Assembly (NCBI GenBank): GCA_964036045.1
Contig: OZ038378.1
Location: 180,110,001-180,174,000, forward strand
Direction of reading: 5' to 3'
From: Eutreptiella sp. 'Long Island Sound 2002'
Lineage: Eukaryota; Protista; Euglenida
Length of the DNA: 64,000 nucleotides
Below are positions 1 to 10,975 of this stretch, one piece after another; position 1 is the stretch's first letter; the number at the start of each line of letters is the position of its first letter. The notes under the pieces are model-generated. The model was not told where the DNA came from. It saw only the letters and a program-made list of their open reading frames with translations, and searched no databases. A program made the translations under genes and the position numbers.

Positions 1-295
1 GTGGGAGCCCGTCAAACCGGGCCTAGCGGCCTACCCTCAGGAGACAGGTAGGAACTGGAAGGTGAGAGGGAGTTGCAAGTGCGGGGAGACAGTCCGTGGT
101 TGCCAACATGTACACACATGGCAACGTCCGAAGATGACCAGGATAACCGAAGTGTGCCGCGGTCTAACAACTGCTCGTCACCGACATGCACACACATGTG
201 TACGTTAGAGGAAGAAGACAAACCACATGCTGCGGGGACAGGAATTTTTGGCAGAGCTGTCAGATGTGGAGTCAGTCCCGGACTTCAACAAAGAT

Positions 296-900
296 TCATG
301 CCTGGGTGGATGGGTTCGAAATTCGGGGGCAGGCAAGATTCGATGTGTACTTCCCAATGTCAGCGAGCCTGTTGTGGGCCACATTGGGACCACGGACCAA
401 TAACAAGGTAGAGGCCTCAACAATTAGGGCAGCGATATGTGCTATGCGCTGTGCGCGACAACCAGGAGTGGTGCTTGTCTAGTGACCCAAAGTGGTGCAT
501 TGACATTTTTAACAATTTGCAGTTGTATAAGCGCAAGGGATGGATGGCTAAGAGTAGGGGCAATGTTGCCATTTTTCATTTTGAGACTTTGCTACTGTGG
601 GGAACACCGATACAACTGTTGTTGAAGGGCTTCCCTCCCGGTGTGGGTCTGGGGTGTTCGGTGGCTAGTAGGTGATGCCTCTCACAAGTAGGGCCGACTC
701 GCATGCTGTGATAACTGCTTAGCATTCACACTTGTCCTTTGGGGGTCCATGTGACACACATGTCATTGGGATGTCTTATACCATGTCTAAAACCAATTGC
801 ACAAACTGTTGTTTGCATATGGACATTGGGTAGAAGGACGAAAAGTGTCGCAGCTGTTAACAAGAAGTGAAAACAGACGTATTGATTCGAACACATATCT
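296..900 (+). mobile_element. Degenerate non-LTR retrotransposon 3' part: RNase H domain plus Cys/His remnant
   Basis: Across a frameshift: AWVDG..A..VYFP, GPRTNNKVEA, SD(P)KWCID..LYKRKGW match the RNase HI pattern (DG, TNNxAE, TDSxY, WxxxGW). Downstream KCRSC..H is broken by stops. Confidence 0.55.
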
Positions 901-1418
901 TTGGTACCATATTTCCCCAAAGTGCCATCATACCATACACGGTGGGGACCAGACTGCCACACGAGGCTAGGTATGCAAGCGAGTCCTATGAATGCATACT
1001 GGCTCATTGTTACTCGCACTAGGCACCACTATGCTGCTTGGGTATGGTCCTACACAACCTTTGTGCATAGCAATACACCCCCTATATGGACTGCATTGGA
1101 AATCACGAGCCCTATGGGGTGATGGGCATTCTATTGAGCCTATGGTTGATGAAGCTTATTGATGAAGAAACACGAGAGCCTTGCGAGTGTGGAGCACACC
1201 ACAGCTGTTCGCCCTCACTTCTATTTACAACATCAATAGTGGAATGGTGTTACCTTTCCTTCTATCCCAAAAACGTATCCAAAGAAATCAAGCCACGATA
1301 CACATACCGGATCAACCCACATCACTTCCGGATCTTTACCTGGAAGCATTGCCGCTAACATTCTCCTTCGGATCGTCCGTTTCTTCCGTTCGGCATGTTT
1401 GCGCGGAACAGGCTCTCC

Positions 1419-1694
1419 GAGAAACACATCCAAAGTTTGCTCCGCAGGTGCCTTCTCAAAACCCGCATGGTCCCCACGGTATTGGTGCCCTTTGGCAATC
1501 TGCAGTGCCAGCGCCGTAGACCCCGCGGGCAACCGCATTTGGGCGCCCCCTTCCTTGGTTGTTGAGATGTCCTGCACTTCATACGGGATCTGCTTGGCAT
1601 TGAGAATGTCCATGATTCTCCGCTGCTGCTTCTGGATGGACTTGATTTGATGATGCTTGAGACCGGCGAAATCGCTTTGAGTATGCACCGTGAG
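1419..1694 (-). pseudogene. SH3BGR/glutaredoxin-like domain, probably degraded copy
   Basis: LTVHT..IQKQQRRIMDILNAKQIPYEVQDIS..QMR..AG....QIAKGHQYRGDH..FEKA..EQTLDVFL aligns by eye with SH3BGRL3-type proteins. PPQI is altered to ALQI, and the 5' end abuts a repeat at ~1779. Confidence 0.65.
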
Positions 1695-1918
1695 GTCACT
1701 TGGAACATTGGGCACAAGGCACGGCCAATGACAGGCGATGGGAGCACAAGGTCCCTCGGAGTCGTATTTCCAGCGCAGTACCCCCCCCCCCTTTGAAATC
1801 TCCCCACCAAAATTGTGATGGTTCCCCCCTTGGGGTTTGGGGGGGGCGGGGTTGCACCACACAATGGTAGCACTAAGACCACAGCAGTTCCAGTATAATC
1901 AAAAGAATCTTCAATACT

Positions 1919-2110
1919 TAGTATTTCCTCTGGTTTTTTGGCCAAGTGACAGTTAGCCGCCCCTAGTGGTGGGGGGGACCGTCACTTGGCCAAAAAACCT
2001 TAGGAATTACTACTTGTCTAGTAAGCGGCTGCGTGTGACGGTTCCCTCGCACCCCCGAGGGAACCTACCTAAAGTGATGGTTCCCTCGCCCCCCTTGATT
2101 ACTAGACAAG
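1919..2110. repeat. Two adjacent hairpins
   Basis: Perfect 19-bp IR 1932-1950/1981-1999, extending imperfectly to 1919/2012. Second 12-bp IR at 2013-2024/2099-2110. Confidence 0.8.
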
Positions 2111-3952
2111 GGACGTGCGACACAACACAAGAGAGCGAACACGAGGGCATGTGAGCAACAAAACCGCCAAGAAACTGCCTACAGGGATGCATGTTGAGTC
2201 TAGTGAGCAACAGCCTTGGTGTGCCACTTTTCTCATGCAAGTACAGGCGCTTCCCTGCAGTTCTACATCCCAATTCATGCACAGTACAACATCTGATTTA
2301 TATATCCTTTCGTGACCCAAGGCTGGCATTGCGGGATGCTTGGTGGGTTGTCCTGCATTTTTTTCATTTCATTCAGAACAAAGAACAGAAGCCTAAACGA
2401 CATTGTTGTCACTGTTTTTGCCATGTCCGGACGGCATTAGATATGACTGCATGATTTTTGTCCTTGTGTTCCTGCCATGATTAGCTAGGCTCTTTGAAAG
2501 GCTGCAATATTGCCTTGAAACGAACTGCTGATAATGCAGGTGTGCGTGTTCCTCCATGATTTCCGTTTGTGTGGCTTGAAGCCCGTCCTATCCGGTGCCA
2601 AGATTTGTGTGGAATCTATCACAAATGATGGAGATGGTGCATGATCTCACCGCAAGAGGTGATCACCTCCCCGTGCGATGAGTGAGGGGCACGAGAGACA
2701 CATGGGAATGTCATCAAGAGGAAATGTGTCAATGTTGCTTTTGTTGCTTCTACCCATCCCATGGCCGTGAATCCTTCGTTCCATCACTCTCCTTTCTTTT
2801 CTAGCCATCGTACTTTTTCCCTTTTTCCCTTCGTAAACTGTCCCTAAACCCTCTCAACACCGATCGAGTTCGTCTTTTTTGGGTTGGTTGGATTCGGCTT
2901 CACTGATTTCCTCGTTTTCCGGTCCCCCCTCCCCACATCCCACAATGAACCCCACAACAACTGCTTTAACACATCCATTCAGCAGCTACTACGCCACCGC
3001 CCGATTTCAAGTGCTCTACTCAATCCATGAAACCCTTAATTTACATTTCGCTGGGAGGTTTTGCGCAACCGTAGCAACATTCGTCGCTGCCATTTTGAGG
3101 AGATTAAGTGTGCAATTTTGGGTTGACCTCACATGCAATGCAAAGTAAATGTAAATTCAATATTCCTAATTTCGTCTCATGATACACCCGTTACTGGCCA
3201 ATTCGGTGTGAATCATCACCACTTGTTTGCCTGGCTGGTTAGATGTGTTCAAATGCAGCCTGTTAATGACCAATCAGTCCAACACACAAAAGTCCCGTGA
3301 CAATGTGTAAGTAAAAGTAAAATACTCACATTTTGGCTCTAAGAATGACGTGACCAAAAACGTACCATACAAATTATCTGCCACATTCCTGCACCATCCG
3401 CATCACTGCTGCATTACTTTTTAATTTCTGCTTCACTACTGGCTTTCCACATGGGATTCTTCCTGCACTCCTCACTGCACTACCATGCACCAGAGCACTC
3501 TGTGGGCCATGGAACATTGCTTTCCCATTGGGCGCACGAGTAATCGCGCGGCAATACCTGTGGCGCTGGTGCAGAGACTGTCTGCCTGAGAGCCTACCTG
3601 CCTCTCAGCACAGGCGTGATGTCACAAAAAAAAGGTTCCCCGTGGGATTTTCGGAGACTCCAGTACCTTTGGGCACGGGTTTTATGCCCCGGCGGGATGT
3701 GGGGCCCCAGTGACAGTGAACCATGGGCTTTGGAGACGAGCATGCACGGGGCTGTCTCCAGAGGGTGACTCCGGCGCCGCCGAACCAGCAGCCCTTGCAG
3801 TTGTAGCCCCACAGGGTGCTGAGGTGTTGTGCAGAACTGGATCCGAAAAACCCAGAGGATGGCAGCCCAGTGGGTCCCAGGGGTTGCACCACATGGGTGC
3901 CACCCATGTCTGTGGACACCCCCGTGGGAAGGCCTGCCAGGGCGGGGGGGGG

Positions 3953-4090
3953 GGGGTGTATTAGAACGGCTGACAACCATAGGAGGAGCCCCCCGGACCC
4001 CCCTCCCCCCCGCATCCTCCCCTTCCAATGTTTGAGGTTGACAGTAGGGATGCCTTCCCCATTTTGCTTCCGTGCCTTCGGCGCAAGAGG
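3953..4090 (+). mobile_element. Left part of GGGATGTATTAGAA-type MITE
   Basis: tgtattagaacggctgacaaccataggaggag recurs at ~51965. Internal part recurs at ~45340-45420. Matching right end ccaatacatccctg at 8715-8728. Confidence 0.55.
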
Positions 4091-4107
4091 ATGTGTATGT
4101 TGTAATT

Positions 4108-4380
4108 CGTGTAATTTTTTTTTGCGGTAAATGCATGTAACAAAAAAATCGTCTAGTCTTGTAATTTTTTTTTCCGGTAAGTCGTGTAAGCCGGCTTACA
4201 CAACTTACCGCAAAAAAAAAATTACACGACTAGACGATTTTTTTGGTACACGCTTTTACCGCAAAAAAAAAAATTACACGACTTACCGCAAAAAAAAAAT
4301 TACACGGCGTGACGATTTTTTCCTACACGCGTTTACCGCAAAAATAAAAAAATTACACGACCTTACCGCAAAGAAGCAAT
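4108..4380. repeat. Foldback array of TTACACGACTTACCGCAAAAAAAA units
   Basis: Units invert around taagcc|ggctta (centre 4192/4193). Same units recur at 8205-8370. Confidence 0.8.
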
Positions 4381-4799
4381 TACCAATTTTACTGAAAATG
4401 CATGCATGTAGGCGATGTGCCCACCTGTGGCCACGTAGTGGCCGCTAGGCCTATGTAGCCTGTGCCATGGGCCCTCCGGGCGCCCCAAAATTGTTGTTGT
4501 GTAGGCTATTTAACCTGAAAAAATTTTCACATTTCGACTTTTTCCGAAACCCTTCTATTGCCCCCTAGGTTGGGTTTGGGTGATCATTTGGGAGTCATTT
4601 GGTGACAATACGGGTACTTGAGCGCCGATGGGGACCCACGTAGTGGCCACTGGGCCCATCTAGCCCGAGCCATGGGCCCCCCAAAAGCTTCGAAATTGCT
4701 GTTTGTAGGTGGTTCAATGGCATTTCGTGTGTGCACAAACTGCTTAAGCAGTTTTCCACCCTCTACAAGTCAAAAATGGAACATTTTGCAAAAAAAAAA

Positions 4800-5465
4800 T
4801 TGATATTGTGACCACTCACAATGATGGAATATGCTATGTACAACATGTTTTAGCGCCTCTTTATGTGGTTTTCACCCTATTTGGGTGTTGGGGGGGGGGG
4901 GGTCCCAAGGGGGCCAGTGCACATAACCTGCCTATGTAGTTTTCCATCCTCGGCAACTCAAAAATGGAAATTTCCAAAACTGATTTTTTTATATTCTTAC
5001 CATCCAAAATGATTAGATATCCTATGTAAACCATGCTTTAGCCCCTCTTTGTGTGTTTTTCACCCTATTTGGGTGTTTGGGGGGGGGGGGGTCCCAAGGG
5101 GTCTAGGGCACAACCTGCTTATGTAGTTTACCATGCTTATGTAGTTTACCAGCCTCGGCAGCTCAAAAATGGAAATTTCCGAAACTGATACTCTAACAAT
5201 CCACAATGATCAAATACCCTATGTGAAGCATGTTTTGGCCCCTCTTTTTGTGTTTTTCACGCTATTTGGGTGTTGGGGGGGGGGGGTCCCAAGGGGGCCA
5301 TTGCACACAACCTGCCTATGTAGTTTTCCATCCTCGGCGACTCAAAAATGGAAATTTCCAAAACTGATTTTTTTTATATTCTTACCATCCAAAATGATTA
5401 AATATCCTATGTAAAGCATGTTTTAGCCCCATCTATATGTTTTTCACCCTATTTGGGTGTTTGGG
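4800..5465 (+). repeat. ~180-bp satellite with alternating A/B monomers (left block)
   Basis: ggaaatttcc recurs at spacings of ~180-200 bp. Monomers alternate between gggccagtgcac/gggccattgcac and ggtctagggcac types. Confidence 0.85.
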
Positions 5466-6745
5466 GGGGTTGGGTTGGGTTGGGTCAAGGCCTCGCCTGG
5501 TCGCCTACCCACGGTCCGCGCCGCCTTCCCTGCCGGACCCGACTGGGCGGCCGTACCCGGGTGTCCGGTCACAAGGCCTGCCGGACTGTTGACCGCCCCC
5601 AGACCCCGCGGTGGCGCTCGCGGGCGGGAGATGCCGCCGTGCCTGTGTGTATGTGCCCTTGTGTGTCTGAGGGGGGGGGGGGGAGGGCTGTGGCACACCT
5701 GCTTGCTCCATTGTTGTTCGGCGTTGGCGCACATGGCGCGGGGAAGTGTGTGCCTGGTGCTCCAGGCCCCGGCAGGGAGGCTGGAGAGCCTGACTCTGAG
5801 CCCGCCGGGGGAGATGTGGGCCTGGGCTCGCAACCTCCACGTCACAAGGACATGCTACCCAACCACTCCACGACTGCCTATTGGCACGGGAAGGCGGTGG
5901 TATGTGGCACGACTGGGGTCATACCCGCACTCCTTGACTGCCTTAGGCACAGGTGGTGCTGCCTCGCGGGCTGGGTCCGGCTCCCACGGCCGAGGGCGTA
6001 CCCTGGGCAGGTGGAGGGGCACCAGGGCGCAGAGTGTGCTTCCCTGCCCTGGGTGCCACCAGTGCTGGCTGCACTGGCTGCGGCGCTACAGCCCGCGTAG
6101 ACGAGGGGGCCCAGAGGGCACCACACCCGAATGGCCTCTCCGTTGAGGAGGGGGGGGGGGGGGGCAGGGGTCGGCTGGCGGCTATCTGGCCTCCAGGGGT
6201 CGCCCACAACTGCACTGGAGTGCACGGGGCTGTGCTGGCCTAGGCGTCTGTGATGAAGTTGGAGGGGCACGTGCACACCTGGAGGTTCCCTGGGCAGGCC
6301 GCTCAAGGGATACCCACAGCGGTCAAGCTGTGAGCCCTTCACAGCCTCCACTTTTTAGGCCCTGAGGGCGCCGACTCCGTGCACCCCTCCCGTCGGGGGC
6401 GCAGGCTGGGGGGGGGGGGTAGGGTGGTGGATGGGTCTACCTGTTCACTTGTGTGGGAGAGGAGGACCACCTGCTGGGTTACCATGCGGGTCCCAGATCC
6501 CAACCTACTCGTCGCTCGGCGTCCGCTCCCTGGGGGACCTTGATCACCATGTGACGGCCTGCAGTGAGGGTGCGAGGGCATGCTGGGGGGGGGGGGGGTG
6601 CTGGGCCTGCTTTCGGTCCGGCCCCATTTCTGTTGGGGGGGGTGGGGGCAGCAAAAGGTCTGCTCCCCTGTTTCCTGGTCCCCAAGGGGAACCAGCCCAC
6701 GGCCTGCACCCTCGCTTTGTGGTGGCTGAAATTTGGGCCGACAGA
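5466..6745 (-). mobile_element. LINE-like retroelement fragment inserted in the satellite, (CCAAC)3 tail
   Basis: Interrupts the A/B satellite at a poly-G tract, with gtgttt(t)ggggggg on both sides. Minus-strand tail acccaacccaacccaaccc. LDRCGYPLSGLP/LWATPGGQ resemble LDTLGYPTRPLP/WVMLAGGQ at ~54.2-54.4 kb. Confidence 0.5.
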
Positions 6746-6759
6746 GGTGTTTTGGGGGG

Positions 6760-7390
6760 GGGGGGGGGGCTCCCAAGGGGTCTAGGGCACAACCTGCTGA
6801 TGTAGTTTACCAGCCTCGGGAGCTCAAAAATGGAAATTTCCGAAACTGATACTCTAACAATCCACAATGATCAAATACCCTATGTGAAGCATGTTTTGGC
6901 CCCTCTTTTTGTGTTTTTCACGCTATTTGGGTGTTGGGGGGGGGGGGTCCCAAGGGGGCCATTGCACACAACCTGCCTATGTAGTTTTCCATCCTCGGCG
7001 ACTCAAAAATGGAAATTTCCAAAACTGATTTTTTTTATATTCTTACCATCCAAAATGATTAGATATCCTATGTAAAGCATGTTTTAGCCCCATCTATATG
7101 TTTTTCACCCTATTTGGGTGTTTGGGGGGGGGGGGGTCCCAAGGGGTCTAGGGCACAACCTGCTGATGTAGTTTACCAGCCTCGGCAGCTCAAAAGTGGA
7201 AATTTCCGAAACTGATCTTTTTGATACCCTGACAATCCAAAATGATCAAATATCCTATGTAAACCATGCTTTAGCCCCTCTTTATGTGTTTTTCACGCTA
7301 TTTGGGTGTCGGGGGGGGGGGGTCCTCCCCAAGGGCCTGGGGCACAACCTGCTTATGTAGTTTTCCAGCCTCGGCAGCTCAAAAATGGTC
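6760..7390 (+). repeat. ~180-bp A/B satellite (right block)
   Basis: 6830-7120 is nearly identical to 5169-5460 (near-identical 81-aa spurious ORFs). Confidence 0.85.
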
Positions 7391-7449
7391 GTTCCTCTCC
7401 ACTCTTTGAGGTGCTGATCGTGCTGTGCGGGCCGTTCAAGCGCCCGATG

Positions 7450-7810
7450 GACTTATGGGGGCCTATGGGGACCTGTGGGGACCTATGGGGACCTATGGGG
7501 ACCTATCGGGGCCTATGGGGACCTATGGGGGCTTCTGGGGACCTATGGGGACCTATGGGGACCTGTTGCCACCTATGGGCACCTATGGGGACTTATGGGG
7601 GCCTATGGGGACTCATTGGCATCTATGGGGACATTTGGGGACCCATTGGCACCTGTGGGGACCTCTGGGGGCCTAAGGGCACCTATGGGGGCCTATGGGG
7701 ACCTATCGGCCCCTATGGGGACCTATGGGGGCCTATGAGCACCTTTGGGGACCCAGTGGCACCTATGGGGACTATGGGGACCTATCGGGGCCTATGGGGA
7801 CCTATGGGGT
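7450..7810 (+). repeat. 10-bp minisatellite (GACCTATGGG)n
   Basis: Directly visible. Produces the GTYGDLWGPM pseudo-ORFs. Confidence 0.9.
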
Positions 7811-8204
7811 GGGGGGCATCAACTTTTTGCACACCCATTTGGACACCAACCCCCCCCCTTCCTCCAAGCATCACATCTATATCAGACATATCACACATCT
7901 TGTTGTATACACTGCAAAAACAACATGCCACATCAGACATCAGACTTTATACACAATCCTGCCATGGCCCTGTCAGGACTCTTTTCTTGGGCCTGATTTT
8001 GTGTCCAGTGCCAATGACTCCATGTGAAACTATGTTATATTGGCCGAGTCCCAACTAATTGGTGGCCACGCAGAGTACTATGTGCTTTGTGGACCCGGCG
8101 TCCCATCGTTAAGGTCGCTATGGGGTGCCATACGGAACCGGCAGCTGTACATATTGCGCATGTATTGCAAAGGTTGCATTTCTTTCAATTTTTCAATTTT
8201 TTTA

Positions 8205-8370
8205 TAATTTACACGACTTACCGCAAAAAAAAAAAATTACACACCCTTACCGCAAAAAAAAATAATTCAATTTTTTTTTATAATTCACACGACTTACCGC
8301 AAAAAAAAATTGCACGCATTTACCGCAAAAAAAAATTACACGACTAGACGATTTTTTCGTACACGACTTA
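8205..8370 (+). repeat. TTACCGCAAAAAAAAATTACACGAC array
   Basis: Same unit as 4108-4380. Confidence 0.8.
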
Positions 8371-9163
8371 CATTTTTCACCAAGAGGATTCAAGCCTGTT
8401 TCTATGCCTGTCTGTCTTTCCCCTGTTTCCTTTCTATTGCAGATGTGCCTCCAAATCAGGCCTACTCCTTTCCTTTGCCTATGTGAGTGTCAGTTGCTGT
8501 GTGCTGTGTATTGTACTGTGCAGGGCATTGTGCCCCCAGGCCAGAAATTTTTTCTGTCTCCATGTTGTTGCAGCCCACATCATGGAGAAATTTCTTGTTG
8601 TGAAAAATCGGGATCCTGGGACCTACAACAAACATCAAAAATTTGGTACCATTCAGCTGTAGGTACCATAGGAGGAGGGGGGGGTCCGGCCAACCCCCCC
8701 CCCCCTCCTCTCTTCCAATACATCCCTGGGAGGGGGCTCCCCAAGGAGGACACACGAGGACACAGCATCAGTGGTGTGAGAGCAATGTGCAATGAGTGCG
8801 CTGCTGCAAAATAGCTTCAAAATGGACAGCGTAAGTAACTATTCAATGACCTCACCACAGGCAGTGCTACACAAGTGGATTTGCCGTGGTAAGAACCCGA
8901 CCACACTCATGTTGCATCTGAAAGGACCAATTGCGTTCAACCTATGGGACCATTGCCCAGACGAGTATCTGCCCCCCAGTCCCTCAAGCCATGGTCTGTC
9001 ACAAAGCTTAGGCTGGGAGGTACATACATGCAGGTGCATGAGATCCGTGTTACCAGTTGCTTGTTCAGAGTCCAAGATGAAAATCCTTTGGTGTACTGAC
9101 ATGTGTGCATCTTCCTCACGACTTGCAAAAGCACCTGGAGCTTTGTCGGATGCTTCGCAGCTC

Positions 9164-10144
9164 ATGGGCTCCCGCTTTTTTTCGTGTGCTCTGGTCCCAG
9201 TGGCGATCAGCCTATGTGTCCTACTTGTTAGCTTGTTGGCCCGCCCCAACGGCCCGGGGGAGGTTGTTGCACAACGCCCTCTGGGCCCCGAGGAGCTGAG
9301 TGTAATGTCGTTCAATATCCGATATGGTGATGCCAACGATGGAATTGATTCATGGCCCCAACGCAAATATGTGGCGGCCCGCATGTTGGATCTTCACAGC
9401 CCTGACATTATTGGTATGCAAGAGTGCTTGCACTGGCAGACTGCCGATCTCATTCGGCTGGTGAAGAAGGTCCAGTACAACTCCCATGCATCAAACTGGA
9501 ACAGCATCCTGTACAACTCCGAGAAGTTCCTCCAGGAGACCATTGGCCACCTGTGGCTTAGTGAGAGCCGCTTGCCTGAAAGCAAGTCTTGGGGTGCGTC
9601 CAGCCCGCGTCTTCTCACATGGACAATCTTGGTCCGGAAAGCCGACACTGCACGACGGCCCATATTAGTCTTCAACACGCATTTGGACGTCACCTCGCGC
9701 TTGGCCCGGGAAAAGGGAACTGCCATGATTGCGGAGACGATCGCCATCATGTGGGCACAGTATCAGGCTCGGGCACCTTTGCTGGTGCTGACCGGCGACT
9801 TTAACACAATGCGTGGCTCCCAGGCCCATGCGTTCCTCGCCCCCTTGTTGTCGGACAGTTTACTGGATGCAGAAGCAGTGGGGGCCAACACTTTGGTCAC
9901 ATACCACCATTTCCTTGGTGCAGAAATCAGTGATGCTTGGTGGGCCCGTGTCTTGTGGCACATGGTGCTGCGTCTGCATCCCATGGGTCCTCGTTGGGAC
10001 TCTCCCAACTTTGCTGTGTACCATCTGGACTGGATCATGTATCTAGGCTTCACTCGGGTGCCTTTTTTCACTGTCATCTTGTACAATGAAGATAAACGGT
10101 ATCCTACAGACCACCTTCCAGTGTTGGCTCATCTGCGGATCTGA
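9164..10144 (+). CDS. Endonuclease/exonuclease/phosphatase (EEP) family protein with N-terminal hydrophobic signal/anchor; intronless, 326 aa
   Basis: Motifs SFNIRY, PDIIGMQE, FNTHLD, LTGDFN, LDWI, PTDHLPV. ATG 9164 begins MGSRFFSCALVPVAISLCVLLVSLLA and lies 3 nt after a cttcgcag acceptor-like site. Confidence 0.9.
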   Translation: MGSRFFSCALVPVAISLCVLLVSLLARPNGPGEVVAQRPLGPEELSVMSFNIRYGDANDGIDSWPQRKYVAARMLDLHSPDIIGMQECLHWQTADLIRLVKKVQYNSHASNWNSILYNSEKFLQETIGHLWLSESRLPESKSWGASSPRLLTWTILVRKADTARRPILVFNTHLDVTSRLAREKGTAMIAETIAIMWAQYQARAPLLVLTGDFNTMRGSQAHAFLAPLLSDSLLDAEAVGANTLVTYHHFLGAEISDAWWARVLWHMVLRLHPMGPRWDSPNFAVYHLDWIMYLGFTRVPFFTVILYNEDKRYPTDHLPVLAHLRI

Positions 10145-10975
10145 TTTCAACGAGGTTGTACTTCAAATCCCCACCCCTCAGACCCCCTTGGTTTCCGATT
10201 CCTCCTGCAGTCAATACGAAATTTGCTGACTGCTAATTTGTGGTCCTGAAGGGCGCTCATTGCATGTGGATTTCTGCTCCTGCACTATTCCATGAAAGGG
10301 GTCGAGGGAATACGCATGATTTGATGTCCTGACTTGGTGAACCTGCTTGATGACGGGAAATTGCGCCTAGATCCCAACCCACCTGATTGTCAATTTGTGT
10401 GTGGGGGGGGGGGTCAACAGAGCCCCCAATGTGGGTGTTTGGGTTTCCATCGTGTCGAACTGAAGCCCCAGAAACTTCCTTTGGGAGTGCAGGGGCCAAA
10501 ATTTGCTCAGACTGGGAGAGTGTCCAACGCAAGTTTGACAATCAGTCCATCAGCTGACAATTCATGCAGTTGCCATCAGCGCCCCAACCCCCAAGAAGAA
10601 ACAACTGCAGCCCCATTTTGCTTAGCGGGTCCTCCTGAACAAGTATTTGGTTGATACTTGGCACTACTTCATTTCTCAGGGGACAGCCATCTGACACGCA
10701 AGGGTGCGGTGGTTACCCTTGGCCTCAGGTCTCAGCAGACCATGTCAGCCATCCCACACCTCTTGGAGCAGGCCACAGGTTGCATCTGAGCATTCTGACA
10801 ACACATAGGGCAAGCGAAGTGCTATTTTTTCTTGGCAAAATGCCGTCTCAAAATGCAGTGGTTGTTTTTTTCACATTGATTGCCTGATTAATGCGCAACT
10901 TCAGCCTTCTGGGCTGCCTAAACGACACATTGGTGTCTCACAATGCCCAATTTATTGATTACCCGGCGATAGCCA

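Noticed and set aside
7306-8058. 250-aa G/W-rich ORF
   Set aside because: Translation of the 10-bp minisatellite.
8792-9163. 124-codon N-terminal extension of the EEP ORF
   Set aside because: No recognisable features. A signal-like start and an acceptor AG occur at 9164.
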